Shown here one piece after another: positions 24,956 to 39,265 of a stretch of DNA of 64,000 bases; the stretch's first letter is position 1; the number at the start of each line of letters is the position of its first letter. The position numbers were made by a program, and so were the translations under genes. The notes under the pieces were generated by a model. That model worked only from the letters and a program-made list of their open reading frames with translations, was not told the origin of the DNA and did not search any database. Source of the DNA: the human T2T-CHM13v2.0 reference genome, Homo sapiens; the NCBI RefSeq assembly GCF_009914755.1, contig NC_060933.1; one strand, given 5' to 3'.

Positions 24956-27830
24956 ATTACTATAGACTGACTACTGTAGGTCCAAAATTCATGAGTTGAA
25001 CCCCTGACCACCAATGTGTTGGTATTTGGAGATGGAGCTTTGGAAAGTGATAAAGTTTGGATACATGTCCCCACCAAATCTCACGTTGAATTCTAATCCC
25101 CAAATTTGGATGTGGGGCCTAGTGGGAGGTGAATGGATCATGGGGGCAGATTTCTCATGAATGGCTTAGGACCATCCCCTTGGTGCTATCTTTGCAATTG
25201 TGAGTGAGTTCTTGTGAGATCTAGTTGTTTAAAAGTGTGTAGCACCTTCCCCGTCTCTTTCTTGCTCCTGTTTTTGCCATGTGAGTGCCTACTCCCTCTT
25301 TGCCTTCCACCACTACTAAAAGCTTCCTGAGACCTCCCGTAAGCAAATGCCAGCACTGTGTTACCTGTACAGCTTGCAGAACTGTGAGCCAGCTTCTTTT
25401 CTTCAAAATTACCCAGTCTCTGGTATTTTTTTTTTATAGCAATGCAAAAATGGCCTTATACAGAAAATTGGTACCAAGGAGTGGGACATTGCTAAAAAGA
25501 TACCTAAAAATATGGAAAGAGCTTTGGAACTGGGGAACAGGCAGAGGGTGGAAGACTTTGGAGGGCTCAGAAGAAGAGAGGAAGATGAGGGAAACTTTGG
25601 AACTTCTTAGAGACTGGTTTAAATGGTTGTAACTAAAATTCTGATAGTGATATGGACAAGGAATCCAGGCTGAGAAGGTCTCAGATGGAAATGAGGATCT
25701 TACTGAGAACTGAAGCAAATATCACGTGTGTTATGCCTTAGCAAAGAACTTGGTTGCATTATGCCCTTGCCCAAGGTATCTGAGGAAGTTTGAATATGAG
25801 AATGAAGATTTAGTGTATCTGGTGGAAGAAATTTCTAAGGAGCAAAGCATTCAAGATGTGGCCTGACTGCTTCTAATGACCTATACTCAGATGCAGGAAC
25901 AAGTAAAGTATAGGATGCAGGAGCAAGTAAAGTAAAGGAGTAAGTTGGAATATATATTAAAATGGAAGCACAGTTTGGAAGATTTGCGGCCTGGCCATAT
26001 GGCAGAGAAAGAAAAAGCTTTTTCAGGAGATGAATTCAGCTGGGATGTGAAGCAACCACTTGCTGGAAAAACATGCATAACTGAAAAGAAAACAAGGGCT
26101 AATATTCAAGAAAATGGGGAAAAGGTCTAGAAAGCATTTCAGAGACCTTCCCAGCAGCCCCTCCCATCATGGGCCCAGAAGCCTAGGAGGAAAGAATGGT
26201 TTCCTTCCTCCTACAAAGAACGGCCCCACTGCCCTGTGCAACCTCAAGACACTACTCTGCATATTGTGGCTGCTGCAGCTCCAGCCTTGACTCAAAGGGC
26301 CCCAGGTGCAGCTCAGGCTGCCACTCCAACAGGTGCAAGCTGTAAGCCTTGGTGGTTTCCATATGGTGTTAGGCCTGCAGGCACACAGAATGCAACAGTT
26401 AAGGAGGCTTTGCAGCCTCCACCTGGATTTCAGAGGATGTATAAGCAGGGGCAGAACTCTCACAGGGGACCTCTACTAGGGCAGTGTGGAAGGGAAATAT
26501 GGAGCTGGAGGCCCCACACAGAGTCCCCACTGAGGCACTGATTAGTGGAGCTGCAGAAAGAGGGACACCATCCTCCAGGACTGGAATGGTAGATCCACTG
26601 GCAACTTGCACCATCAGTGTGGAAAACCTGCAGGCACTGAACAACCTGGGAGAGCAGCTACGGAGATTGTACCCTGCAGTGCCATGGGGGCAGAGCTGCC
26701 CAAGGCCTTTTGAGCCTTGCACCAGTGTGCCCTGGATGTGAGACATGGAGTCAGAGGAGATTATTTTGAAGCTTTAAGATTTAATGACTGCCCTGCTAGG
26801 TTTCAAACAAGCATGGGGCCTGTAGCCCCTTTCTTTTGGCAGATTTCTCTCTTGCAGATTGGTCATGCTTACTCAATGCCTATTCCTCTATTGTGTTATG
26901 GAAGTAATTAGCTTGTTTTGGATTTTACAGGCTCACAGATGGAAGGGATTTGCCTTGTCTCAGATGAGACTTCAGATTTTGAGTTAGTGCTGGAATAAGT
27001 TAAGACTATGGGGGACTCTTGGGAAGGCATGTTGTAGTTTGCAGTGTGAGAAGAACATGAATTTTAGAGGCCAGTGCTGGAATGATATAGTTTGTATTTA
27101 TGTCCCTGCCAAATCTCATGTTGGAATTATAATCCCCACTATTGAAAACAGGGCCTGGTGAGAGGTGATTGGATCATGAGGGTGGGTGGATTTATAATGA
27201 ATGGTTTAGTAACACCCTTTTGATTTTGTTCTCACAAGTGTGAGTTCTCGTGAGATCTGGCTGTTGAAAAGTGTGTAGTACCTCCCCCCACCTCTTGCTC
27301 CTGTTTTTGCCATGTGAATTGCCTACTCCCCCTTTGCCTTCCACCATGAGTAAAAGCTTCCTGAGACCTCCCCAGAAGCAGATGCTAGCACTCTGCTTCC
27401 TGTGCAGCCTGCACAACTGTGAGCCAATTAAATAACTTTTCTTTTAAATTACCTAGTTTCAGGTATTTATAGCAATGCAAGAACGACCTAATACAGGAAG
27501 TATTAATAAATAAGTTTAGATGAAATCTTGAGGGTAGAGCCTTTATGACTGGATTAGTGTCTTTACGAGAAAAGGCACCAGAGCACTCTCCCTGTTTATC
27601 TCCCAGTCTCTCTCTCTCTTGCTTGCTCTCGCTCTCCTCTCTTCCATGTGCGAAAAAAACCAAGAAGGTAGCATCTGCAAGCCAGCAAGATAACTTCACC
27701 AGGGAATTGAATTAGCCAGTACCTTGATCCTGGACTTCTCAGCCTCCAGAACTATAAAGAATAAATTTATGTTGTTTAAGCCACCCAGTCTGCGATATGT
27801 TGTTACAGCAGCCCAATATGACTAATATAG
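24956..27830 (+). mobile_element. MLT1A-like LTR split in two (~24956-25047 and 27501-27830) by the MST element
   Basis: 5' piece CCAAAATTCATGAGTTGAACCCCTGACCACCAATGTGTTGGTATTTGGAGATGG. 3' piece ends AATAAATTTATGTTGTTTAAGCCACCCAGTC...ACTAATATA. Both are colinear with the element at 6755-7112. Confidence 0.8.
25048..27495 (+). mobile_element. Full-length MST (MSTA-like) MaLR: LTR 25048-25462, internal 25463-27082, LTR 27083-27495
   Basis: Two similar ~415-bp LTRs with TG..CA ends. The 1.6-kb internal region starts GAAAATTGGTACC. TSD GAAAG/GGAAG (one mismatch). Confidence 0.9.
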
Positions 27831-27898
27831 TACCTTTCGCTTTTTTTCCTCAATTATCTGGATTGTAAAGAATTCATCAAGGCAGAGTTATACCCCAC

Positions 27899-28474
27899 CA
27901 TTTCATAAATCTGTCTTAGTTCTCTTCATCTCAAGGGAGTTTTCCCCTCTTTTAAACATTGATATGATGGGTATGTTATTATAGTTAGCTTGATTGTGGT
28001 AATCTTTTCACATTGTATAAGTATAACAAAATATCACATAGTATATGCAGGTTATACAAATAAAAGTTTACAACTTTTGTCAATCATACATCAGTAAAGT
28101 TGAAGAAAAAAATTAACATTGATAAAATAATGCCTTACCAGTAATTTGATACTTTGATGCTGAAGTCCTTCCCTATGTTAACATTTCATAAATCTGTCTT
28201 GGTTCTCTTCACCTCAAGGTGCTTTTCCCCTCTTTTAAACACTGATATGATGGGTATGTTATTACAGTTAGCTTGATTGTGGTAATCTTTTCACATTGTA
28301 TAAGTATACCAAAATATCACATTGTATATGTGATATCACATATCACAGAATATCACATTGATGTATATACCGTATTATCAATAAAGCTGAAGAAAAAATA
28401 AAACATTGATAAAATAATGCCTTACCAGTAATTTGATAATTTGATGCTGAAGTCCTTCCCTATGTTAACATTTC
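27899..28474. repeat. Tandem duplication, ~283-bp unit, two copies, each holding an L1M 3' tail
   Basis: CATTTCATAAATCTGTCTT starts at 27899 and 28182. Both copies end TGCTGAAGTCCTTCCCTATGTTAA. Confidence 0.92.
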
Positions 28475-28533
28475 TTGTGCAAATGGATCTGCAAATAGGG
28501 TGTGAACTTTTGGACTTAAAGGAACAGTTTGTA

Positions 28534-28544
28534 GTGTGTGTGTG

Positions 28545-28584
<40 letters not shown>
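28534..28584. repeat. Interrupted (TG)n microsatellite
   Basis: Short (TG)n run, CC interruption, then about 18 TG units. Confidence 0.95.
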
Positions 28585-28585
<1 letters not shown>

Positions 28586-28864
28586 TGTAATACAAATGGC
28601 TCTTGGATAACTAGGATGTTGAAATTATTTATTCTTCCTTTTCTTACATAATCTTAAAGGAAGATTTTACCAAGTAAAACTATTAACCACTTAATAGTCA
28701 AAGTTAGACTATCCAACAGGCCTAGCTAATTGAAACTCACCAAGAAAGGTTTGCAGAATGCTGAATTATAGTGAAATAGGAGGTAGCACTGCCTTAATAA
28801 TAGTAAACCTTGTTAATGACTTGTTTTAAGATACAGTGGATACTTTTTAAAAATTAATAAATAA

Positions 28865-29035
28865 GATGTGTTTTGGAGTCAGACATACCTGGATGTGACA
28901 AATACCACACTCTCTTTACCCCAGATATATGACCTTGGACATCCTCCTGAAGCCATAGTTTCCTCATTTGTCAAATGGAAATAAAAGCAGTATCCACTTC
29001 ATGGGATTTTTGTGAGCATTTGGGTATATATTAAA
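28865..29035 (+). mobile_element. MIR SINE fragment
   Basis: TTTGGAGTCAGACATACCTGG...ATGACCTTGGAC...AGTTTCCTCATTTGTCAAATGG core motif. Confidence 0.75.
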
Positions 29036-29052
29036 ATACTCAATAACTCTTG

Positions 29053-29488
29053 TGCTACAGTTTGGTTTGTTTGACCCCTCCAAATCTCATGTTGAAATTT
29101 GATCCCCAGTGTTGGAGGTGAGACTTAATGGAACCAGTATTGGAGGTGACTTAATGGAAGGTGTTGGCATCATGCAGCAGAACCCCCATGAATGGCTTGG
29201 TGCCATCCTCAAGGTAAATGAGTGAATTCCAACTTTACTGGTTCCTGAGAGAGATGGTAGATAAAAGGAGCATCGCACCTTCCCACTTTCTCTTGCTTCA
29301 CCTCCTGCCACATGATCTCTGCACACACTGGCCCCCCTACACCTTCCACCACGAGTGGAAGCAGCCTGATGTCCTCACCAGAAGCAGATGTTAGTGCCAT
29401 GCTTCTTGTATAGCCTTATAAACCAATTTTCTTTATAAATTATCCAGTCTCAGGTATTCCTTTATAATAAAACTAAATGGACTATGAA
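29053..29488 (+). mobile_element. MSTB-like MaLR solo LTR
   Basis: TGCTACAGTTTGG...CCCCTCCAAATCTCATGTTGAAATTTGATCCCCAG...CCAGTCTCAGGTATTCCTTTAT. Contains a ~27-bp internal duplication at ~29106-29159. Confidence 0.85.
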
Positions 29489-30280
29489 CTATTATTATTT
29501 TGTAGTTGTTTTTATTTTATAAGGTAGACATTTATAGGATGAGTTCTTTTGAATAGCCACTGCTATTTAAAATCCCAACTTGAGTTATTTGCCTGAGGAG
29601 CTACCCCAAATACAGTACATGGCCCCTTTAAGAATTTGATTCTTATTTCTTGGTAACTTTCATTAAGTATTTGAGTTTTAAAATCCATATTTTGTTAGTC
29701 CCATGTGCTGAAGAGTTGGTTAATCACATTCTGATCTTTGTGTTTGCTAACATTCTCTCTAAAGCCACAGCAGTACGTGGTTTATTTTCTGGGAGCAGAT
29801 TTATTATGGCTATGAAGAGCACGTATTGATGCTTGGTAGCATGAATATCTCTTTATTAGAATAATTACTAGAGAGCTAGGAATTGGGAATATTGATTGCA
29901 TTTATTTAGTCTTTTGATATGGACAAAAATATTAAAAGCCATCAAACACTAGCATTGTCCTTTGACAGCATCATTTAATTCTAGCTACAGGGAAAATTGT
30001 GACATAAACAAAAGCAGCATGACTTATCTATCTTAATTAGAATACTTTGTACAGTAAGGGATATGCCCACCTTCCTTCATTATAAAAGCACTAGCCAGAG
30101 AAATGAAAGAGAGCATGTGCATTATACATTAACAGAAAGTAATGTAGCTTAAAGCAAAAGGTATCCACACAGGATGCTTGGCCAAAAGAAGATTCTAAAA
30201 CAGACTTTTTAATGTGGGAAATGTTTTCGTTAGTTCTACAATAGTGCTGTTTTATGATACATGTTTGTAGATTAGCATTT

Positions 30281-30520
30281 TTTTATCATTTCTTTTTATT
30301 ATTTACTTATTTATTTTTATTATACTGTAAGTTCTAGGGTACATGTGCACAATGTGCAGGTTTGTTATATATGTATACATGTGCCATGTTGGTGTGCTGC
30401 ACCCGTTAACTCATCATTTACATTAGGTATATCTCCTAAGGCTATCCCTCCCCCCTCCCCACACCCCACGACAGGCCCCAGTGTGTGATGTTCCCCACTC
30501 TGTGTCCAAGTGTTCTCATT
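30281..30520 (-). mobile_element. 5'-truncated L1PA (3' UTR only, 240 bp)
   Basis: TTATTATACTGTAAGTTCTAGGGTACATGTGCACAATGTGCAGG...TGTGTCCAAGTGTTCTCATT. Perfect TSD GATTAGCATT at 30271-30280 and 30521-30530. Confidence 0.93.
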
Positions 30521-30550
30521 GATTAGCATTATTCTTTAAGGAGTCTGGAC

Positions 30551-30743
30551 CTGTGCTGTCCACTAACCATGTGTGTCTATTTAAATTTAATTAAAATTAA
30601 ATATAATTTAAAAACTAGTTCTTCAGTTGCAGTGGCCACATTTCAAGCAGTCACTAGTCACATGTGGCTTAGTGGCTAGGGTGCTGGATGGCACAGATAC
30701 AGAGCATTTCAATTATAACAGAAAGATCTATTGGACTGCATTG
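30551..30743. mobile_element. MER3-like hAT-Charlie element
   Basis: GTGCTGTCCA...GGCCACATTTCAAG...AGTCACATGTGGCT...CTATTGGACTGCATTG. Confidence 0.75.
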
Positions 30744-31957
30744 GGAAAATTTGTATATCCCACTCCACATTCTAGTTATTGTTCTCAGCCTTCAAAAAGC
30801 CATGTTGAAATTAATAATGAAAATAAAATAAAATAGATATTTCTGTATATTTTCAGCATTTTCTTATGCATGATTTCATGTCAATGAAACAGTTCTTTCA
30901 ACAACCTTCTACATATAGGGTCATCTTATTCTTAAGTATGTGTAACATACAGTAGTGATTTGTCTTAATCTGATTTCTAAAGTTACATTCATATCATGAA
31001 GGTAGTAATAAGAGTTGTAGAATAATTTTTAATTAAAACTAAGTTATTCATGAGCTAATTTCAAAATGGTACAAAAAACAAGTAATTTAATTTTTCTCTT
31101 ACCACTATTCCTTAAACCCATTGTGTCAGCTCTCTCTTCCATTTCCCTAGATAATATCTCAAAAAGAACCATTAATATACAGTTACTTCTGGGCATTAAT
31201 GAATAATCCTTATTTTTAGATATTAAAGGTCTGCTGCAATATAATTCAAAACCTCAAGTTCTCATTCAATTCATGCTTTCTCCCTTCCTCAGGGCAGTAC
31301 CACTCTCCATACCTTAGATAGGAATTAACCAGCTTGGAATTCAAAAGAAGGGGAAACTGATGTTTATTTTCTTCCACACTTCACCTCTTTACTCTCTGCT
31401 AACTGCTATTTCTAGCTCCTTCTAGGGCAGGAACAAGGACAAAGTCAAAGTGGAATTAAAGGAAAAGAGGAAAAATCATTGCTGGGGCTACAATTTTCTT
31501 TCACTGAGGCCCTAATGGCAGATCCTGTCTTCAGGCTTTTGCTCTCTAAAGGTACCTTCGTGGTTCTTTGGCCATCCCACACTGGTCTTCTGACAGAGAC
31601 CATTCCCTTTTCTTCTCCGGTAATGAGTCCTTTTCAATCCTTGCTCTGGTGGTATACTCTGCACAGCCTCTTTCTGTGCGGTTGCTTCACGTTCCACAGG
31701 TAATCCTTTTAGGCATGATCTTTTAGAAAATATTAAAGCCAGTTACATTCCTTGCTTCCCACTTTAGTGCAAACTCAGGAAGCATAAGTGGCTGTGACTA
31801 CGGCCTTGTCATTTTGCTCTGTTATCAGTCAGCCTCAGCTAACCTTTAATCTCTAGATTTATCTAGGCTTTGTTTCAAGACCACTTTCATCTCACTCCAC
31901 CTTGTGGAATTATATGCCAAAAAACGTAGTTTCTGTTTCAGTTCTGGGTATGATTTA

Positions 31958-32360
<403 letters not shown>

Positions 32361-32819
32361 TTAAACATAAAATAATGTCTCTCTTAGGGAAGCCTGCACA
32401 TACATTCATTCAAGTAGTATTCATTGAAATTCAACTGTTAACCAGATACTAATCAGAACCTAGGTATACAGTGGTGAGAAGAAAATAGATATGCACATTG
32501 CTCTTATAGGATAGCAATTTTTTTTTACTGGTAGCTAAAACAGTATGGTCTTTGGAGCCAAACATATAACCCCATCAAATAAGCCTCCTCCCCTACCCCA
32601 TCCTTACCGTAAGAGGTTGGACTTCATCTGTGTAATAGAGATGAAATCTCCTCACTTCCATGACCATCCACACCCTATTGAAATATTTAAAATACATAAA
32701 GTACCCAGCACATTTGAGGAGCATAATAACATGTATCAACCATACAATTGTAAACTCTAAATTTGCAAACTTTCAGGTTGTGTGGGTTTCCTGTATTCTC
32801 TCTTCTCTACATTTTCACC

Positions 32820-33945
32820 AAATATTTCATTCAATGCCATGACCTTAAATATGTTTTCTATGTTAATGATTTCTAAATGTGAATCTCAATCGAAAAATTT
32901 TACTCGAGTTCCAGCTTCATATGTCAAATCTCACACGACATGACTCCTTGACTCTCTCACAGGTGTTTCACATAATATTTTCAAAATAAACATCTTAAAA
33001 CACTGCCTCCCTATCCTGTTCTTTTCCCAGACTTCTGCATCTCAACACTAATCCCACCATACATCTTGTTGTTTAAGCCAGCTGTCATCTTTAATTCCTC
33101 CTTTTTCCTTATCATTCCCATACCTAACACTCAACCCATCTCAAGGCATTCATTTCTTCCTCTCATATTATCTTGATTTTTCTCAGCATCTCCTCTGACA
33201 ACATATTAACCCAAACTATTACCATCTACCACCTGGTTTATGCAGTAACTGCTTTATTGATCTTAATCATTACCCTGTCAAATCCATGGTACACAGATTG
33301 TCCAGTGTGACTTTTTGTCCCTGTTCCTGCCCTTGAAGAAGCCTGCTTCAAACTCTTCAAAGGCTTCCAATTATACTTCTAATAAAATCAGAAATCTTAT
33401 CATGGCTTTATCTTGGCCTACAAATTCCTGAATAATTTCTGACTTCTGACTCTTGTCTACTTCTTAACACTCATCTATTTTGTTGTCTGTATACTCTCTG
33501 TACTCTAGCCATGCTGATTTCTTTTAATTCTTACAGCTCATCAAATTGTTTCCCATGTCGAAGATTTTTGAGCATTCTTTTCCATCTAATTGGAACATAT
33601 TCTTCCTCCACTCTGTGTCTGGCTTATTATTATGTTTTTTTCAATCCTATAGATCTCAGTTTAAACATTGTTTTCATCTTTCTCTTCCTTGATGACTTAA
33701 CCATTTCATTATCTATTCCTTCACTCTGTTCATTTACTTCAGAATGTTAAAAAGTATTTATAATTATATTTTTTATTATTTGTTTTATTAATTTGTGAGT
33801 TTCATTTCAACATGATGTCCTATTGGTCTCTTCTACTAGTCTGTAAGTTACATGAAACAGAGACCATATTTGGTTTGTTTATCTCTTTATACTATCTAGG
33901 ACAATATAGATGCCCAATAAATATTCACTGAATAAATGAATTCTG
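32820..33945 (+). mobile_element. L2 LINE 3' fragment (degraded)
   Basis: Pyrimidine-rich L2-type body ending CTGTAAGTTACATGAAACAGAGACC...CAATAAATATTCACTGAATAAATGAAT. Confidence 0.7.
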
Positions 33946-34019
33946 GGGTAACCAATCACTTTGTTTTCAGCTATTAATGTTTAAAAATCCTTGCTTATTA
34001 AAAATAAAGTTTTTACTGA

Positions 34020-34345
<326 letters not shown>

Positions 34346-34986
34346 CCAAGCTTAATTTTTTTAAACATTAGGAAAACAAGAGGACTTTGGAGTTCAAGTG
34401 TTCATAAATACTGACTTAGTTTAATCATATCTATAGGAAATACCCAGATTTAGAGACAGACTGACCACGAAGAGATAACCATTCACATATTAGCAGAATC
34501 TTGTTTATGATGAAATGGCAAGGCTCGGAAGAAAATACGATGGAGATGACTAAGCTGTTTAGTAAATGTTTGAGCATAGGGAACTGATTCTATGTGGTGT
34601 TTTTCTAGTTCAAAAGCAACTTCAGTCTTAAGCAAAACAAACCAAAACAAAAATTTTTATATATTTTTCTAATCATATCCTGTATTCATTGGATTCTTCC
34701 CATGATAAAACCTAAGATAGCAGATGGGGGAAATTTTGGCCAACAGGCATTTGATGAGGAAGCAATTAGGAAAATTTAAAAAACAAACTAAACAAAAATC
34801 TGGGGATTGAGAAGTAGATGAAAATGTGGCAAGTGTAATAGGTGGAGTTAATTACTTAAGTGTCTGTGAGGACACTGGGGAGATACAGTAACTGAGTGAC
34901 CACTTTACAGTTAAAGAAAAACCATATGGAAGAGTTTACCAGTAATTACTTACAAACTAAGAGAAAGATATTTGCATGAGATCATA

Positions 34987-35474
<488 letters not shown>

Positions 35475-35741
35475 CTAGACATATAGATTTTGATTTTCTG
35501 GGATATAACCCAGAAGTTCATATAGTTGGAGGTCAATAAACCATTTTAAAACAGAATGATAGAGAGCCGAATGATAAAATGAATAGCAATGGTTACACTA
35601 GAGATGGCAAACACGTGCCACAAGGACTATTGTTACCTCCCTTTCCAGTACCTACACAAATATAAGTGATTGTCCATGCTATGTGTTTCTGCAAGGCTAG
35701 GCATTGAATTCCATTTTTAAAACCTCAACACAGTGTTTCAG

Positions 35742-36486
35742 GCACCCCCACTAACGTGTGGGAGATCAAGCATCCCCCACTAACGTATGGGAGATCAAGC
35801 TCCCCTACTAATGTGTGGGAGACCAAGCAGCCCCCACTAATGTGTGAGAGACCAAGCAGTCCCCACTATGTGTGGGAGATCAAGCTCCTCTACTAATGTG
35901 TGGGAGACCAAGCAGCCCCCACTAATGTGTGGGAGACCAAGCAGTCCCCACTAATGTGTGAGAGACCAAGCAGTCCCCACTAATGTGTGAGAGACCAAGC
36001 AGCCCCCACTAATGTGTGAGAGACCAAGAGCCCCCACTAATGTGTGGGAGACCAAGCAGCCCCCACTAATGTGTGAGAGACCAAGCAGTCCCAACTAATG
36101 TGTGGGAGACCAAGCGGCCCCCACTAATGTGTGAGAGACCAAGCAGTCCCCACTATGTGTGGGAGATCAAGCTCCTCTACTAATGTGTGGGAGACCAAGC
36201 AGCCCCCACTAATGTGTGAGAGAAAAAGCAGCTCCCATTAATGTGTGGGAGATCAAGCTCCTCTACTAATGTGTGGGAGACCAAGCAGCCCCCACTAATG
36301 TGTGAGAGAAAAAGCAGCTCCCACTAATGTGTGGGAGACCAAGCAGTCCCCACTAATGTGTGAGAGACCAAGCAGCCCCCACTAATGTGTGGGAGACCAA
36401 GCAGCCCCCACTAATGTGTGAGAGACCAAGCAGCCCCCACTAATGTGTGGGAGGTAAAGCTCCCTACTAATGTGTGGGAGATCTAA
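35742..36486. repeat. Minisatellite/VNTR, 26 units of 27-29 bp, consensus GCAGCCCCCACTAATGTGTG(G/A)GAGACCAA
   Basis: Units counted by hand. Head-to-tail with no unique spacers. Confidence 0.95.
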
Positions 36487-36741
36487 TTTCAGTTTCTTCC
36501 ACAAGTAACTGGGAAAGCAGAGTAGAGGCTGGGCCTGGCCCTTCAAAGGCAGTGCTGTTTGTATACTTTGAAATTATGGTGCTTGAGTGTTGTTACACAG
36601 TATTTTAACTGAAACTAGCAGAAAGAGATTACAATACTTCTTGAGGTGAAAATTTCAACTAACTTTTTATGAAACCATTGGTTATATTTTCCCACATTTA
36701 TAATTTTGTGAACCCCTTCAAACTCTGTAAAATAAAAATTA

Positions 36742-37095
36742 TGAGAGGTCACTGTTTTGGATTGAGCTCCTGCACTAGGCCCCAACAGACCAGACCAAAC
36801 CAAATGGAGCCACTCATGCTAAATGCCGTATTATCAAACTGAAACTTTAAGGAAGCAGATTCCAAAACAGACCAGTTTTTTCCTGAAAACAGAAGACTCC
36901 AGTCTACCTGAATCAACATAATAAGTCCCCTTTGCTTTAATCCTTACAAAAATGTAACCTGATGTTTACTAATAAGCTTAAAAAATTATTTCGTTTGTTT
37001 CCACCTTTCAAAACCCACTGTTCTGCAGTTGCTCAATGGGAAGTCTCATTTAATTGGATCTATAACTAAATGTGTTGTAACTTTATCTTTTAACC
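36742..37095 (+). mobile_element. ERV1 MER4-group solo LTR (MER67-like; family tentative)
   Basis: TTTTGGATTGAGCTCCTGCACTAGGCCCCAACAGACCAGACCAAACC...ATCAAACTGAAAC resembles MER4-group LTR 5' ends. Confidence 0.6.
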
Positions 37096-37113
37096 CCTGT
37101 ATGAGACGTTTAA

Positions 37114-37440
<327 letters not shown>

Positions 37441-38559
37441 TGTTACTGTTTTTCAGTGGGATGAAATGTTATGTATATGAAACATGAAAGCACTTATGTA
37501 TACATTTAAAAGTAATTATTTCAATATACCTTTATCTTTTTATGACATATAATAGTAATAGAAACACATTTGTTTGTTCAAGGTAATTTGAGTGACTTAT
37601 AACAAGTACAGGATAAATTGTTGGTCATTTACTTCCCTTTATTTACTTGGTACTGAGAGATATACCACAATTTGGCAAGCTCTGTAACATAACATTAATG
37701 ATGATCCAACGAGTGGGATGAGATGGAAGCATCCCAATCACCAGTCCTAGTCTCAAAGCGAGCTCTGAAACCTTTTGTTTGAAAGTCTGGAAATAAATAC
37801 GCTTTCCTTATTCCAGATATCAACAAACAACAAACAAAAGCCAAATCTTTTCTAAAATCATCTTAAATGTCTCAGATCAGGACTGTCAGCTGAGCCTATT
37901 GTTGCTTAGAGATTTAGAGGTTTCAGGGGAGAGTCCAAGAGAAGGAACACTTTCTGCTTTTAACAGCTCTCACTTGAAAAAAGATTTTTTTTTTCTCAGC
38001 CACCACACAAGCAAGAGAGATCTGTCTAGGGATAAGAAAAAGGGGTGTCAGACAAAGCTATCCATCAGAATGTGACTTAAGGGAAAAGACTATTCATACT
38101 GAGAAAAATAAAATAATTGAAGTCCTTAGCATGAAGACTAGGGACAGACATTCTATATGCTAACGGGGATAACAGGACTCACTGGGGGGTATCTGCAAGT
38201 GCAAACGTGCTTCACATTTCTTTCTCAGGGAATGTACTGCTTGATTTGTTTGTTTGCTTATTTTTAAATTTATTTTGTGACAGCTTGGTGGTTACCATTT
38301 CCATCTGTTCTTTCCTATTTTATTGTACATTGAGTACTACTGCCCAAGAAAGTGGAAGGCATGTTCATGGCCTCTAGCAGGACTGAGGGCCTTTGTGGCA
38401 AGACACTCTGAGGCTGCCAGCCCTTTCTGGCCAGGTGTGGGGCAAGGTTGGGAGCCACCCACAGGCATGTTTCCTCTGCCCTGTTAGAAGACACTGGTTC
38501 CTATCCAAGCTGAACCTTACACTGTTAGTAAGTACAACTCTAATTTCTTCTTCCCTGTA

Positions 38560-39265
38560 TTGCTTTGTATCTTAGGGAAATGAATAGTAGGCTTGCAGTT
38601 AAAAAGGATTGGAGACTCCTGGCCTGGAACCCCTTGCTGGGGAAACTTTAGCTCTCTAATTAGTGTTAATGAACTGGGACTAACCATGAAGTCAAAAGCA
38701 AACCTGACTGGGCTCTTCAAACTTGAACCTGCTTTGCTTGCTTGTAGTTGTTTTTCTCAAAAAAGACTCTTCTGCCTCAATATAGATAATATAGCTGATG
38801 TATGGGTCATAATGGTAATAGCTGCCTAAGTTGTTTTTCAGAAATTTAGAGTCAACTCTTCTCCAGTTCAAACCGGGTGAGACTGCCAACCCTTCAAATG
38901 AGCCTGTGCGAATGTCCAATGGGTGCCCTTTAGACATCAACCCAACAGCTCCACCCTCATATCATTCTAATGCTGCAAATTTTCAAATATGCATCCTATG
39001 AAGAGCCCTGAAGCTTAACCACATTTGTGCAGAACATGGATTACCTCACTTTATCTTATCACCAATCACATTTTCCATGCCTCAGATCACCCTGCTTCTC
39101 TATCCCATAAATATCTCTAAACCCCATCTTCAGGGAGGCAGAGTTGAGACTTGTTCTCCCATCTCCTTGCCTTGCTGCCCCATGAACAAACCCTTTGCTG
39201 CGAAACTAGTCATCTCAGTAATTGGCATACTGTGCAGTGGGAAAGATGGGCTTGATTTGATAACA
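38560..39265 (+). mobile_element. ERV1 MER4-group-like LTR (family unassigned, 5' limit uncertain)
   Basis: CATAAATA TATA-like box, GGGAGGCAGAGTTGAGAC R-like region, degenerate AACAAA poly(A) signal, ends ...GATAACA. Confidence 0.55.

Noticed and set aside
35742-36486. CRISPR array (palindromic ~29-bp repeats)
   Set aside because: Units are directly adjacent with no unique spacers, there are no cas genes, and the context is human DNA.
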